A stretch of DNA of 64,000 nucleotides from assembly GCA_038046805.1 (NCBI GenBank), contig JBBSVO010000006.1:164452-228451 (forward strand), in the 5' to 3' direction. This document shows positions 10,254 through 20,060 of the stretch, piece after piece. Numbering within the stretch: the first letter of the stretch is position 1; every line of letters begins with the position of its first letter. The DNA comes from Candidatus Micrarchaeota archaeon. GTDB taxonomy: Archaea; Micrarchaeota; Micrarchaeia; Anstonellales; Bilamarchaeaceae. Both the position numbers and the translations under genes were made by a program. The notes under the pieces were generated by a model. That model saw only the letters and a program-made list of their open reading frames with translations. It had not been told where the DNA came from and made no database searches.

Positions 10254-11095
10254 AAGTGAAGCCATCAGGAGAGGAAGAAACCGAAGTCATTCTGCGTCCT
10301 CCAGCAGTCGCCGGAATGTTTTACCCTGATGATCCGGAAGAGCTTGAAGACATGATAAAAGGATTCGTGGAAAGGGCAAAGGAAGAAACCATTTCCGGCG
10401 CACTTCGCGGTCTTGTTGTTCCGCACGCGGGTTACATATATTCCGGGACCGTTGCAGCCGTAGGATATAAACTTCTTGCGCAGCATGCACAACATGCAAA
10501 AAACATCTTTTTGTTTGGCCCTTCACATCATTCATACTTCAATGGGTTAGCGGAATCAGGAATGAATGCCTGGGAAACACCTCTTGGAAGGATAAGTGCA
10601 AAGCCAGCCGGAGGCAGTCTTAAAAGTGGTGGTCTGATCTCCCTTAATCCCGCAGCGCATGCTCCTGAGCATTGTCTTGAAGTGCAGTTGCCGTTCCTTC
10701 AGACAATCCTTGGGAAAGATCCAGATTCTTTCTCAATTATTCCGCTCTTAACTGGAGATGTTTCTTCTGCGGCAGTTGCAAAGGCAATCGAAGAGAATTT
10801 TGACAAGGGCAGCGATTCGTTTTTCATTGCAAGCTCGGATTTGAGCCATTATAATCCCTATCAGCGGGCAGTGGAGCTGGATGGAATTGCGAACAAGGTA
10901 GTTCCGGCCATTGACATACCAACAATGCAAACACGTGGGGATGCGTGCGGAAAAACATCAATTTTAATTTTAATGTATCTGGCAAAGTTAAAAGGATGGA
11001 AGGGAAAATTTCTGGAGTATAAGAATTCCGGGGACACAGCCGGGGATAAAATGCGCGTAGTTGGTTATGGCTGCTATGCGTTCTATGAAGAATAG
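10250..11095 (+). CDS. amrB: AmmeMemoRadiSam protein B (MEMO1 family)
   Basis: RPPAVAGMFYP, PHAGYIYSG, GPSH, EHCLEVQLPF, SSDLSHY, VVGY. Confidence 0.95.
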   Translation: MKVKPSGEEETEVILRPPAVAGMFYPDDPEELEDMIKGFVERAKEETISGALRGLVVPHAGYIYSGTVAAVGYKLLAQHAQHAKNIFLFGPSHHSYFNGLAESGMNAWETPLGRISAKPAGGSLKSGGLISLNPAAHAPEHCLEVQLPFLQTILGKDPDSFSIIPLLTGDVSSAAVAKAIEENFDKGSDSFFIASSDLSHYNPYQRAVELDGIANKVVPAIDIPTMQTRGDACGKTSILILMYLAKLKGWKGKFLEYKNSGDTAGDKMRVVGYGCYAFYEE

Positions 11096-11116
11096 ATATG
11101 GATCGGAGGGGTAGAT

Positions 11117-11608
11117 ATGGAAATCGCGATATTTTCAACTGGCGGAACAATAGATGATATTGACTTGGATTCCGTGACTGACAAATCGCGCGAAACCTAT
11201 CTTCCATCTGCTTTTGAACAGGCAAAAATCAGCAAAGAGATTAAAGTAACAAGAAAAATTTTAATGAAAAAGGATAGCCGGGAAATAACCGATTCGGACC
11301 GTGAACTGATCGCAAAAGAATGCGAGAAATGCATGGAAAGCCGAATATTGATAACCCACGGGACGTTTACCATGGCCGAGACTGCGGCGTATCTGGGAAA
11401 AAGGATAAGCGACAAAACGATTGTTCTGACTGGTTCAATGATCCCGCTTACAGAGCCAAAAAATGATGCAGAATTCAATTTGGGTGGGGCATTTATCGCG
11501 GTCCAGCTTCTGCCCGTAGGCGTGTACGTAGTGTTCAACGGAATAGTTTTTCATTGGTACAATGTAAAGAAGAATATAGAAGGTGGGTATTTCAAGAAGT
11601 TGTTTTAG
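11117..11608 (+). CDS. Short asparaginase-domain protein
   Basis: TGGTI, DSREI, ITHGTFTM, VLTGSM. Confidence 0.85.
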   Translation: MEIAIFSTGGTIDDIDLDSVTDKSRETYLPSAFEQAKISKEIKVTRKILMKKDSREITDSDRELIAKECEKCMESRILITHGTFTMAETAAYLGKRISDKTIVLTGSMIPLTEPKNDAEFNLGGAFIAVQLLPVGVYVVFNGIVFHWYNVKKNIEGGYFKKLF

Positions 11609-11622
11609 GGCAAGGTGTATTC

Positions 11623-11889
11623 ATGCCAGACATTAGCGTAATTGCGGAAATCCAAAAAATAAAAGAGCGAAACGTTCGCGTTGAATCAGATAAAGCATGG
11701 GAAACCAGCTGGGCAAGGCGCGGCCTGCTCGCGGTAGCAACCTACGTCGTGGTCAGTCTATTCCTCGTATCAATCAATGCCCCGAATCCATGGATAAATG
11801 CACTTATCCCGGCTGGCGCGTATGTTCTTCAGACGCTCACAGTGCCTGTGCTAAAGGATTGGTGGGTTATCAATATGTACAAAAAATAA
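11623..11889 (+). CDS. small conserved membrane protein
   Basis: RNVRVESDKAWETS followed by two hydrophobic helices; GGTG RBS. Confidence 0.75.
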   Translation: MPDISVIAEIQKIKERNVRVESDKAWETSWARRGLLAVATYVVVSLFLVSINAPNPWINALIPAGAYVLQTLTVPVLKDWWVINMYKK

Positions 11890-11901
11890 TGGTTGAATTT
11901 C

Positions 11902-13476
11902 ATGTTTGACCCGCTCTTAAGTAAAGCCTGGAAAGATGCTTGTCGAGTCCTTTTTGGACAGGAGATAGGTGAACTCCAAGATTATAGCGATTGGCTTGCA
12001 GAAATGGTTGATGCTCCAATAGTAAAAAAATCTAGTATTTCTGGAAAAGAAGTCATTCATTCAAGGGCGGACTATTCAGATTCTGCACGGTCGATAAGCC
12101 TTGAAGAAATAGACATCGGAAAAAAGTTCAACCCACTCAGTATAAACGAAATAAAGGATATTGATAGCATAATCGAGGCAATTCAAGATAGGATTTTTTA
12201 TACTGGAAATATCATACTTGGCAATTCAAAGGAAGTGCAAAAAAGCTCGAATATAAATGACAGTTTTTACATCTATAATACAACTCTTTCCGGGAATTCA
12301 AAATACATGGCTTTTTGCACCCTTGCGAGGTTGGACTCATATGGTTTTGGAGGAAATGCTTTCAGTCAATGCGATTTCTGCATCAAATGTCATGAACTTA
12401 CGCGCGTGAAAAGATCATTTGAACTGTGGATGAGCCAGGATTGCTCTGATTGCTATTACTCGCATGGATTGAAAAACAGTTCAAATTGCTTTTTTTGCTT
12501 TAACCTGGACAATGCGCGATACACTATAGGAAATTTGCAATTGCCACCAGATAAGTATGCAGAACTGAAAACCAAACTGATTTCTGAAATAGTGGATGAG
12601 TTAAAACGTGAAAAGAGAATACCTTCTCTTACTGAGATAGTACGGGATTGCGATGGTGAGATACGTTTACCTTCCAGTAATTCAAAAGTTGCAGTTAAGC
12701 AACCAGTCGACCAGAAAAAAATAGATGGGGAATTTGTCAAGACCTTTGAAATACTATTCAAAAAAAGACCATCAAAAAACATTGACGAATATGCATCTTG
12801 GTTATCCAGACACGTGAGAGGATTTGAAAGATGCAAATCCGCGGCAAGCGGAAGCGACGTATTTCTTGCAAGATATGGAAATTATTGCGACTTACCCAAG
12901 AATCGTCTTTTAACTTTGGATGAAGCAAAGGGAATAGGCCAAACTTTAAAACTAACTGCCGAGGATGTAAACTGCATTAGTTTCAAAAACATCGGTAAAA
13001 ACCTGGGAAAGATCGCATTTTTCAATACAGACATCCAGGATGGGCAAAATGCGAATAATTTTGAGTGCACCATAACGATAGATGCGTTTAACTGCCATAG
13101 GTCAGTATGCAGCGTATACTCTAAATTTTGCGCTTATTCTTTTTGGCCAAGAAGTTCACAACACATATTTGGCGGGGATACTGTCTTTGATTCAGCCTTT
13201 TGTATCAATAGTTATAACTCAGTAAATCTTCAGAGATGTATGGAAATGGATGGCTGCAACAGCTGTTCTGATTCTTATTTCTGCCATAACTGCGAAAATC
13301 TCCAGAATTCGATGTTCTGCTTCAATACAAAAAACAAAAGATACGCGATCGGCAATGCCGAATTGGAACGGGAGAGCTATGCAAAAATAAAAGAGGGCAT
13401 TCTGGAACAGATATACCAGGAACTCGAAAAGAGTGGAAAAAGCAAATATGATATTTTTAGCCTTGGAGAAACGTAA
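11902..13476 (+). CDS. Cys-rich repeat protein, two tandem domains
   Basis: Two copies of C..C..C..S.FCFN..N..Y.IGN..L....Y; paralogous to 38150/38921. Confidence 0.8.
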   Translation: MFDPLLSKAWKDACRVLFGQEIGELQDYSDWLAEMVDAPIVKKSSISGKEVIHSRADYSDSARSISLEEIDIGKKFNPLSINEIKDIDSIIEAIQDRIFYTGNIILGNSKEVQKSSNINDSFYIYNTTLSGNSKYMAFCTLARLDSYGFGGNAFSQCDFCIKCHELTRVKRSFELWMSQDCSDCYYSHGLKNSSNCFFCFNLDNARYTIGNLQLPPDKYAELKTKLISEIVDELKREKRIPSLTEIVRDCDGEIRLPSSNSKVAVKQPVDQKKIDGEFVKTFEILFKKRPSKNIDEYASWLSRHVRGFERCKSAASGSDVFLARYGNYCDLPKNRLLTLDEAKGIGQTLKLTAEDVNCISFKNIGKNLGKIAFFNTDIQDGQNANNFECTITIDAFNCHRSVCSVYSKFCAYSFWPRSSQHIFGGDTVFDSAFCINSYNSVNLQRCMEMDGCNSCSDSYFCHNCENLQNSMFCFNTKNKRYAIGNAELERESYAKIKEGILEQIYQELEKSGKSKYDIFSLGET

Positions 13477-13506
13477 GGATTAAAGTCATCACTAACGTTT
13501 TGTTCC

Positions 13507-14100
13507 ATGATCCCCATGTCCGATTCGGCTTTCACAAAACCAGAACGCGAATTCCTGCTCAAGTTGGCAAGGCGCGCAATAGAGCATTATCTTAAATCCG
13601 GCACGCGTTTGGATATAAAGCCGAGCGAAGTTCCGAGCGAGCGGCTCATAAAAGACGGTGCGGTTTTTGTTACTCTTTACGCGCGCAAGGACAACTCGCT
13701 CCGCGGATGCATCGGTTCTCTTGAGGCAAAACGCCCGCTTGTTTTTGATGTTGTTGAAAACGCGCTTCATTCAGCATTTGGTGATCCGCGTTTTCCTCCC
13801 CTCAAACGCGAGGAGCTGTCGAACGTGCGGATAGAAATCTCTATCCTCACAGAACCAAAACCCCTTAAAGTATCAGACAAGGACGACCTTCTTAGTAAAC
13901 TTATTCCGAACAAGCACGGGTTAATTATCCAAAAAGGTTTTGCAAGGGCAACCTTTCTGCCAGTCGTATGGGAAGAATTGAAGAAAAAAGAGGATTTTCT
14001 CACGCATCTATGCCAAAAGGCAGGGCTTTATCCTGATGAATGGAAAGATACAAGGGAAATGAAATTCTTTGTTTATGAGGCGGAGAAGATTGAGGAATGA
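13507..14100 (+). CDS. amrA: AmmeMemoRadiSam protein A (AMMECR1 family)
   Basis: FVTL, LRGCIG, AFGDPRF, EISIL, ATFLP.V, LCQKAG. Confidence 0.95.
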   Translation: MIPMSDSAFTKPEREFLLKLARRAIEHYLKSGTRLDIKPSEVPSERLIKDGAVFVTLYARKDNSLRGCIGSLEAKRPLVFDVVENALHSAFGDPRFPPLKREELSNVRIEISILTEPKPLKVSDKDDLLSKLIPNKHGLIIQKGFARATFLPVVWEELKKKEDFLTHLCQKAGLYPDEWKDTREMKFFVYEAEKIEE

Positions 14101-14142
14101 AACATCTAAGGTTTTTTAAATAGTTGCCAATAATATAATTTC

Positions 14143-15120
14143 ATGAATTGTAAGTTTAGGAATACTGCCCATCCAGTATCTGCAAAGTCAGTGCGGATCG
14201 CTGGAGTGCCCGGGATAGAACTTTTCATAACCCTTAGAACAAGAACGTGCAGTTGGAAAAAAGAAACTGGCGGATGCACATTCTGTGGAGTAGGGGGTCT
14301 TGATGGCGATATGCCACCTCTGTCTTTCAGCGAGGCAAATCTCCAGGTTGAAGGTTCGATCAGGGACTTCAAAAGCCAGGGTGGGGATGTTAGTGCAGTC
14401 ACAAAAGTCTCATTTATTTCAATGAGTGACAGCCTTCTCAATCCAATGACAATTGAGGAAAGGGCCCTGAGAATTGCGATGGAAACAGCAGTCAGAGCAT
14501 TTCCAAACGTGTCTTGTTTATCTGTAGAATCCCGCGCGGATATGCTGCATTCTGATTATCTGAACCGATTATGGGATTTCATGCAAAACGAGTTTGGAAA
14601 CGGAGTTAGTGGAGAGGTTGCAGTTGGAGTGGAAACTGCCTCCGAGTACAACAGAAATCTTTTAGGAAAGGGAATTTCAGATGCGGTGCTTGTATCTGCA
14701 TCACGAGTATTGTCCGACACAATGTGGAGTATGCGCGGAAGTTTAATCTATGCACTTTTTGAACATGAACCTCTAGCAAGAGTCCTGGCATTAAAGAACG
14801 GAATAGACTTAATGGCTGGACTTGGCGAGAGAATGCGCACGTACACTTCAATACTTTTGCTGCGTGGGTATGTCCCTGAGGATATGGCTAGTTCAAATTT
14901 GTTCCGCGATTTTGTTGAAGTTCCTGACGAGGTGGTGTTGCGAGAGTTGCGGGAAGCAGCACTACATGCAAAAAGACGCAAGCTTCATTTTGAAATTGAC
15001 TCAACAACCGCAGATCAGGAAGCTGTCAGAGCAACTTTGGGTATCATGAGTCCAGAATACCGTGCTGCGCTTGATAGATATAATCAGAGTCTTGACCCGC
15101 GCGAATTGGTGCTCAAATAA
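14143..15120 (+). CDS. Divergent radical SAM protein resembling the archaeosine RaSEA (TIGR01210) family
   Basis: LRTRTCSW...GGCTFCG (Cx8Cx2C), VESRAD, EVAVGVETA. Confidence 0.7.
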   Translation: MNCKFRNTAHPVSAKSVRIAGVPGIELFITLRTRTCSWKKETGGCTFCGVGGLDGDMPPLSFSEANLQVEGSIRDFKSQGGDVSAVTKVSFISMSDSLLNPMTIEERALRIAMETAVRAFPNVSCLSVESRADMLHSDYLNRLWDFMQNEFGNGVSGEVAVGVETASEYNRNLLGKGISDAVLVSASRVLSDTMWSMRGSLIYALFEHEPLARVLALKNGIDLMAGLGERMRTYTSILLLRGYVPEDMASSNLFRDFVEVPDEVVLRELREAALHAKRRKLHFEIDSTTADQEAVRATLGIMSPEYRAALDRYNQSLDPRELVLK

Positions 15121-15135
15121 AAAAAGAGATAATTC

Positions 15136-15671
15136 TTACATCGTCCCTACCAGTCTTCTTGCAGCGCGTCTTGTGTCAGTAAATTCCGTTTCATCACGAA
15201 TATATTCCAATTGGTGGCGTTGGTTATGTTCTCCGAGCGTCTTCACGGCCATTTTTCTTGCACTATCATTATCTGAGTAGGTCGCTATCATACTAAGCTC
15301 AGTTGTTATTCGTTTAATCTCCTGTCATCCTCTCTTGCGTTCAAATGCGAAAGTGCATCTATAGACTGTAGGCGTGCGCTTTGTCTATTCTTTGTTTCCA
15401 GATATTCCCTAGCTAACATTCTTACCACTCCGACCATCTCCGCGGAATGATTTCTAATTGCTTTTTTGGACCAGTCAAAACCTTCCCGGCTGTGAACTGC
15501 ACCCACAACTGCATTACGTGCGTCCAGTGTTCTTGTTTCAATTGTTTCCCGAGGATTTCTTTCAACCTCGCGGCTCACTTTGTTTTGAAGCAGAGTTGCC
15601 AACCCCCTCACGTTTATTCCATTAGGAACTCTTCTTCCGCTTATTATATCCGCTACTTCACGTTGAGCCAT
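15136..15671 (-). pseudogene. Helical-repeat orphan, apparently -1 frameshifted near 15309-15324
   Basis: 121-aa ORF with GGTG RBS; -1 frame continues EIKRITTELSMIATYSDNDSARKMAVKTLG... to TAA at 15136. Confidence 0.5.
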
Positions 15672-15772
15672 CTAATCACCAGTCCAGTTCTTTGGCCACA
15701 TGATTTTATACCCTTATCTCTGAATCGGTGAATTGCATATATTTTTATACTTTATTCTACCAAAGTATACTC

Positions 15773-15991
15773 ATGTATACTACCATAAAAATTGCAGAAG
15801 AGCTTAAGGAAAAACTAAGCAATATGCGGACATATGAAAGCGAGACATATGCTGAGATCATAGAAGACCTTATTGAAGACCGTCTTTCTCTCAACCCATC
15901 CTTCGTAAAAGAAATCGAAGAACGAAGAAGAGAGTACAAATCCGGAAAAACCATTTCTTTCGAAGATCTGAAAAAAGAGATGAAACGATAA
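15773..15991 (+). CDS. Antitoxin (RHH-like)
   Basis: TTIKI..ELK..L...ETY.EII..LI, ISFEDLK; overlaps RelE start. Confidence 0.85.
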   Translation: MYTTIKIAEELKEKLSNMRTYESETYAEIIEDLIEDRLSLNPSFVKEIEERRREYKSGKTISFEDLKKEMKR

Positions 15992-16242
15992 TGTATTCTA
16001 TAGATTTTACCGAATCCGCGCGAAAGGAGTTTCTACGTATGCCCACGCAGGAACAAGAGCGCATTGATAGCGTGCTTGATCGCATTAGATTAAAGCCCTA
16101 CTTTTTTGCTATGCGTCTGAGCGGTTCAAAAGCATATCGTATCCGCGTTGGAAAATTGCGAATTATCCTGGATATCCTGGAAGAGAATCAGCAAATAATT
16201 GTTCTCAAGCTAGGAAATCGGGAAACCGTATACTTACCGTGA
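15991..16242 (+). CDS. RelE/ParE family toxin
   Basis: YSIDFTESARKEF, YRIRVGKLRII, LGNRETVY. Confidence 0.92.
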   Translation: MYSIDFTESARKEFLRMPTQEQERIDSVLDRIRLKPYFFAMRLSGSKAYRIRVGKLRIILDILEENQQIIVLKLGNRETVYLP

Positions 16243-16950
16243 TTTCGCAATCCCCAGACACTCCTCCTTAGTCAATGTGCGGACGCGCCGTTTTGCAAAC
16301 TCTTCCGGTGCGACAATTCCTGCGTGTGCATGCGCCAGAGCATTGCGCACGGACTGGTTTTTATGCTGGAAAAGAATTCGGATTATTTCCTCATCGTGTT
16401 TTGTGATTTTTGTTCCGCTCGGAACTAAAGTAATCATTTCCGAATCCACTTTCGGTGCAGGAGAAAACAAATGCCTCGGAACTTTCTGGACAAGTTCAAC
16501 ATCAAACGCGAGTTGTGCGGTTACCGACAGGCGGCCATAATTCGAATCGTTCGGCTTTGCAACCATTTTCTCAGCGAATTCCTTCTGGATAATAAGAACC
16601 GCGCGTTCGAAATCATAATCCTTCAAACGAAATATTATCGCGGATGAAATGTAATAAGGAATATTACCCATAATTATGTCTGCGTGGATTGGTTCAATCT
16701 CCAGAAAATCATCAGTGATAACGTCCACGTGCGGATTCCCATTAAATTTATCTTTCAATCCGCTTGCGAGTTCCTTGTCCTTCTCAATCGCGAGCACTTT
16801 AAGCGCACCGCCTTCTATTATCTTCTCGGTAAGCCGCCCGTCCCCTGCGCCAATCTCAAGCACAGTCTTGCCAACAACATCCGCAACCAAAACCTCCTTG
16901 CGTAAAATGTTCGCATCGCAGAGGAAGTTCTGACCCATTCGTGCCTTCAC
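16234..16950 (-). CDS. ksgA: 16S rRNA adenine dimethyltransferase
   Basis: GQNFL, LEIGAG.G, NIPYYIS, YGRLSV, PAPKVDS. Confidence 0.95.
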   Translation of the reverse strand: MKARMGQNFLCDANILRKEVLVADVVGKTVLEIGAGDGRLTEKIIEGGALKVLAIEKDKELASGLKDKFNGNPHVDVITDDFLEIEPIHADIIMGNIPYYISSAIIFRLKDYDFERAVLIIQKEFAEKMVAKPNDSNYGRLSVTAQLAFDVELVQKVPRHLFSPAPKVDSEMITLVPSGTKITKHDEEIIRILFQHKNQSVRNALAHAHAGIVAPEEFAKRRVRTLTKEECLGIAKSR

Positions 16951-17189
16951 TTATTCCCCTCCATAATCAGTATTCCGTCAATTATTCCATAGGCATAATT
17001 CGCTGCCCCGAACGCGGTAAAATAATCCTTTTTCTCAAAATAGTGCTTAGCGTCCTTGTAGTAATTCTCAGCCCACTCATGGACCGAAGGGTATTTCTCT
17101 GCCAGTCCGAGCTTCTTGAATTCTGAAAGTATCTCTTTTAGTTTCTCAATATCTTTGTGCGTTCTTTCACGTTCGTCCATCAAAGCCAT
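16947..17189 (-). CDS. DUF357 protein
   Basis: AENYYKDAKHY...AFGAANYAYGIID. Confidence 0.85.
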   Translation of the reverse strand: MALMDERERTHKDIEKLKEILSEFKKLGLAEKYPSVHEWAENYYKDAKHYFEKKDYFTAFGAANYAYGIIDGILIMEGNK

Positions 17190-17252
17190 ACATTTAATAA
17201 CCTTACAAGAGAATATAAACTTACTTTTTGTTTGATTACAACAGTGATACTA

Positions 17253-17873
17253 ATGGACAAAACTAACGATTCAAAGCCAGGAACTCAAGACCAGAAAACG
17301 CTAAACCCAAAACACGAAGCGAGCAAACTGGTCGAGCCAGGCACATATCTGGCAGGAGCAGAAGAAGTACTTCCAGGACGAGGTACCTTTAGCGAAAATG
17401 ACGAGATTTTTGCCGCAACTTTCGGTCATGTCGCATCAACCGAGCGTAACGCAATTGTTGATTCAAAGAAGCGTATTCTTGAGATAACTGTCGGAACAGA
17501 GGTTTACGGAATCGTAACCAATGTTATGGATAGTAAGGCACTTCTTCAGATTATTCCATTAAGCGATGACAAGAATGCGAGATTCCCTCCATCCGAAACT
17601 GCAGTGCTAAAAGTATCATCTATTTCCCCTTCATTCATTCGTGATATTCGTGATGGCATACGTATAGGTGACATTGTCCGTGCAAAGGTTTTCTCCACTC
17701 GTGACGGAATGGAAATAAGCATGCGCGAATCAACCGAATATGGCGTCATAAAAGCCTTCTGTTCAAGGTGCAGGCATGATATGATTCTTAAATCTGGTGG
17801 TCGTCTTATGTGCAGTTCATGTGGCTGGATGGAAAGCCGCAAGGTTTCAAAATTTTATTCTCTTAAGGAATGA
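17253..17873 (+). CDS. csl4: Exosome RNA-binding protein Csl4
   Basis: EEVLPGRGT, S1 domain GDIVRAKV, GVIKAFCSRC..CSSC..ESRK. Confidence 0.92.
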   Translation: MDKTNDSKPGTQDQKTLNPKHEASKLVEPGTYLAGAEEVLPGRGTFSENDEIFAATFGHVASTERNAIVDSKKRILEITVGTEVYGIVTNVMDSKALLQIIPLSDDKNARFPPSETAVLKVSSISPSFIRDIRDGIRIGDIVRAKVFSTRDGMEISMRESTEYGVIKAFCSRCRHDMILKSGGRLMCSSCGWMESRKVSKFYSLKE

Positions 17874-17892
17874 TGTTTTGTGAGGTGTCTTT

Positions 17893-18168
17893 ATGGAAGT
17901 TTTGATTTTGATAAATGAAAAAGGAACGCTCGAATTTGAAATGAAAGACAGTGATTCATCGCTTGGAAATCTTCTTGTTTCGAAACTTAATGATGAAAAA
18001 GGAGTGGAATTCGCTGGTTTTAAGGTAGAGCACCCATCTGAAAACAGGTGCAGCGTCATAGTTAAAACAAAGAAAGGTGACCCAGTCAAACTTGTAAATG
18101 AAAAACTTTCAGAAATTGAAGAAGAGCTCGAGTCATTCAAAAAGGATTTTAAGGCAGCAGTGAAATAA
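17893..18168 (+). CDS. rpoL: RNA polymerase subunit Rpo11 (L)
   Basis: LGNLL..L...GVEFAGFKVEHP; follows csl4. Confidence 0.92.
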   Translation: MEVLILINEKGTLEFEMKDSDSSLGNLLVSKLNDEKGVEFAGFKVEHPSENRCSVIVKTKKGDPVKLVNEKLSEIEEELESFKKDFKAAVK

Positions 18169-18204
18169 ATTAACCGTGAATATTATTCTCACTGTCGTGT
18201 TCCT

Positions 18205-19218
18205 ATGAAACTTAGCGATGCACTTCGTTCTCCAAAATATCAAGCGATAATACTGGTAGTCCTGCTCGCATTTTATCTTCTTTCTCCAAACGATTTTTTC
18301 AGGGTTATTTTCGGTATCTTAACTGCCCTTACATTTCTGGCAATGGTTGCACTTGAAATGAAATCTGGTGTTGATCAGCAGGGATGGAAAAACGAGATTA
18401 AGGATACTGCCGTGTTAATTATTGTGGTTTTGATCTTCTGGTTTGCAATCCAATTCCTATTGAATACGTCCTCTCCAATCTCTGCGGTTGTTACCTGTAG
18501 TATGCTTCCAAATCTCCAACGCGGAGATTTTGCAATCGTGCAGGGTGCGATTCCAAACGCGCATGAAATAGAATTAACGAAAGCGGAATTACAGCAATTG
18601 TTCGGAAAGAGCACACTCATTTTCAATGGTACAAATACGGAAGTTTTCGGTTCTGCATATTCGTATTGCCTTGGCGTTGGTTCCGGGACTCAGTTATGCG
18701 CCGCGTTTGTAAGCAGTCCGGAATCCATCACTGAGGTCCGCGGACCATTGGAATTCAAATATTCAAAATGCAATCTTGACAAGAAGACCGCAAGTGGCGG
18801 AAACAACGGAAACAGCGGCAGCGCGATAATCCGATATGAAGAGCCGTGCGTGAGCGAAGTCATCCTTTCAGCGAGCGGCAAATCTTTCAAACCAAATTAC
18901 AATAACGACGTCATAGTCTATCAGCCAGCGAAATACGAATATTATTCACTTAGCGGAGATATAATCCACCGAGCCTATTTCAAAATCAGGGTGCAGGAAA
19001 CAGGAGAATTTTATTTCCTTTCAAAAGGAGACAATAATCCCGTGCTGGATATCCAGGTTTTTGATTATTATATCGGAATGGGCAATGAGCCTATCTCAAA
19101 ACAGAAGCTAAAAGGAAAATTAATTGCCAAGGTTCCGCTTCTCGGTTACTACAAGCTTCTTCTCTCAGGTTTTTTCACAGAACCGCCACAATGCGCAACG
19201 TTGTTGGAACAGAAGTAG
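18205..19218 (+). CDS. Signal peptidase I-like (S26/Sec11) with large insertion
   Basis: VVTCSMLP.LQRGD, IIHR, KGDNNP; N-terminal TM helices. Confidence 0.8.
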   Translation: MKLSDALRSPKYQAIILVVLLAFYLLSPNDFFRVIFGILTALTFLAMVALEMKSGVDQQGWKNEIKDTAVLIIVVLIFWFAIQFLLNTSSPISAVVTCSMLPNLQRGDFAIVQGAIPNAHEIELTKAELQQLFGKSTLIFNGTNTEVFGSAYSYCLGVGSGTQLCAAFVSSPESITEVRGPLEFKYSKCNLDKKTASGGNNGNSGSAIIRYEEPCVSEVILSASGKSFKPNYNNDVIVYQPAKYEYYSLSGDIIHRAYFKIRVQETGEFYFLSKGDNNPVLDIQVFDYYIGMGNEPISKQKLKGKLIAKVPLLGYYKLLLSGFFTEPPQCATLLEQK

Positions 19219-19236
19219 TGATTCAACTGCCTTGGG

Positions 19237-20046
19237 CTATGGGCCTTGAGCAATGAGCCCTGTGCTCTGGGCCACCTCATTTAGAATCAGCAACGTACCC
19301 ACTATCGCGAGCAATGCCGCCATCATTGTCCTTTGTTTTTTTTCGTCTATCCTGGCAGAGTGTCCGGCGCCAATCCATGCCCCGGTCATTGCACCAACCA
19401 GCACTACCCCCGCCACGCTGAGATTTACATTCCCAAGCGCGTAATGCGTCATTGAGCTGGGTATTGCGTATATCGCAATCATCATCAGGGATGTGGGAAC
19501 CGCTTTTTTGATTGAAATCCCCCGCATTTTCGTCAGAAGCGGGACAAGAAGTGCACCCCCGCCTATCCCGAAGAATCCAGATGCGAATCCTGCAGATGCA
19601 CCGATCGCAGTTGTATTGATTATTTTTTTATTCAATTCTCCTTCTGCACTTTCTGTATCTCCCATCGTCTCGGTGTTTTTTTCTCTTTCCAAAAATGTCA
19701 TTGCCGCAAGCACAAGGATAAGGATTCCCAGAAGTGCCATAAGCCAGCTTCCGGCGATATACTGCGTGAGCATTGCGCCGATGATTGAGAACACAATGCC
19801 GGCAATCCCGCCAATCAGAGCGGTTTTGTATTTTATCAGCCCCTGTTTGGAAAACTGAAGCGCTCCGGCAATAGCGGTTGGTATCGTCAGTGTAATTGCA
19901 GTACCAACTGCCTCGGTTCCAGAGAACCCAAGGAGAATCCGGAAAACAGGTATTGCTACAATTGCCCCGCCTATTCCGAACAGCGATGCAAGAACGCCTA
20001 TGAGAATTCCTGCAACGAATAGTAATGCTATCAGCATGATTTCCAT
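19237..20046 (-). CDS. TauE/SafE (TSUP) family membrane protein
   Basis: Duplicated FGIGGG motif, A..TSL, ~8 TM helices. Confidence 0.9.
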   Translation of the reverse strand: MEIMLIALLFVAGILIGVLASLFGIGGAIVAIPVFRILLGFSGTEAVGTAITLTIPTAIAGALQFSKQGLIKYKTALIGGIAGIVFSIIGAMLTQYIAGSWLMALLGILILVLAAMTFLEREKNTETMGDTESAEGELNKKIINTTAIGASAGFASGFFGIGGGALLVPLLTKMRGISIKKAVPTSLMMIAIYAIPSSMTHYALGNVNLSVAGVVLVGAMTGAWIGAGHSARIDEKKQRTMMAALLAIVGTLLILNEVAQSTGLIAQGP

Positions 20047-20060
20047 ATCAATGCGCCGGG

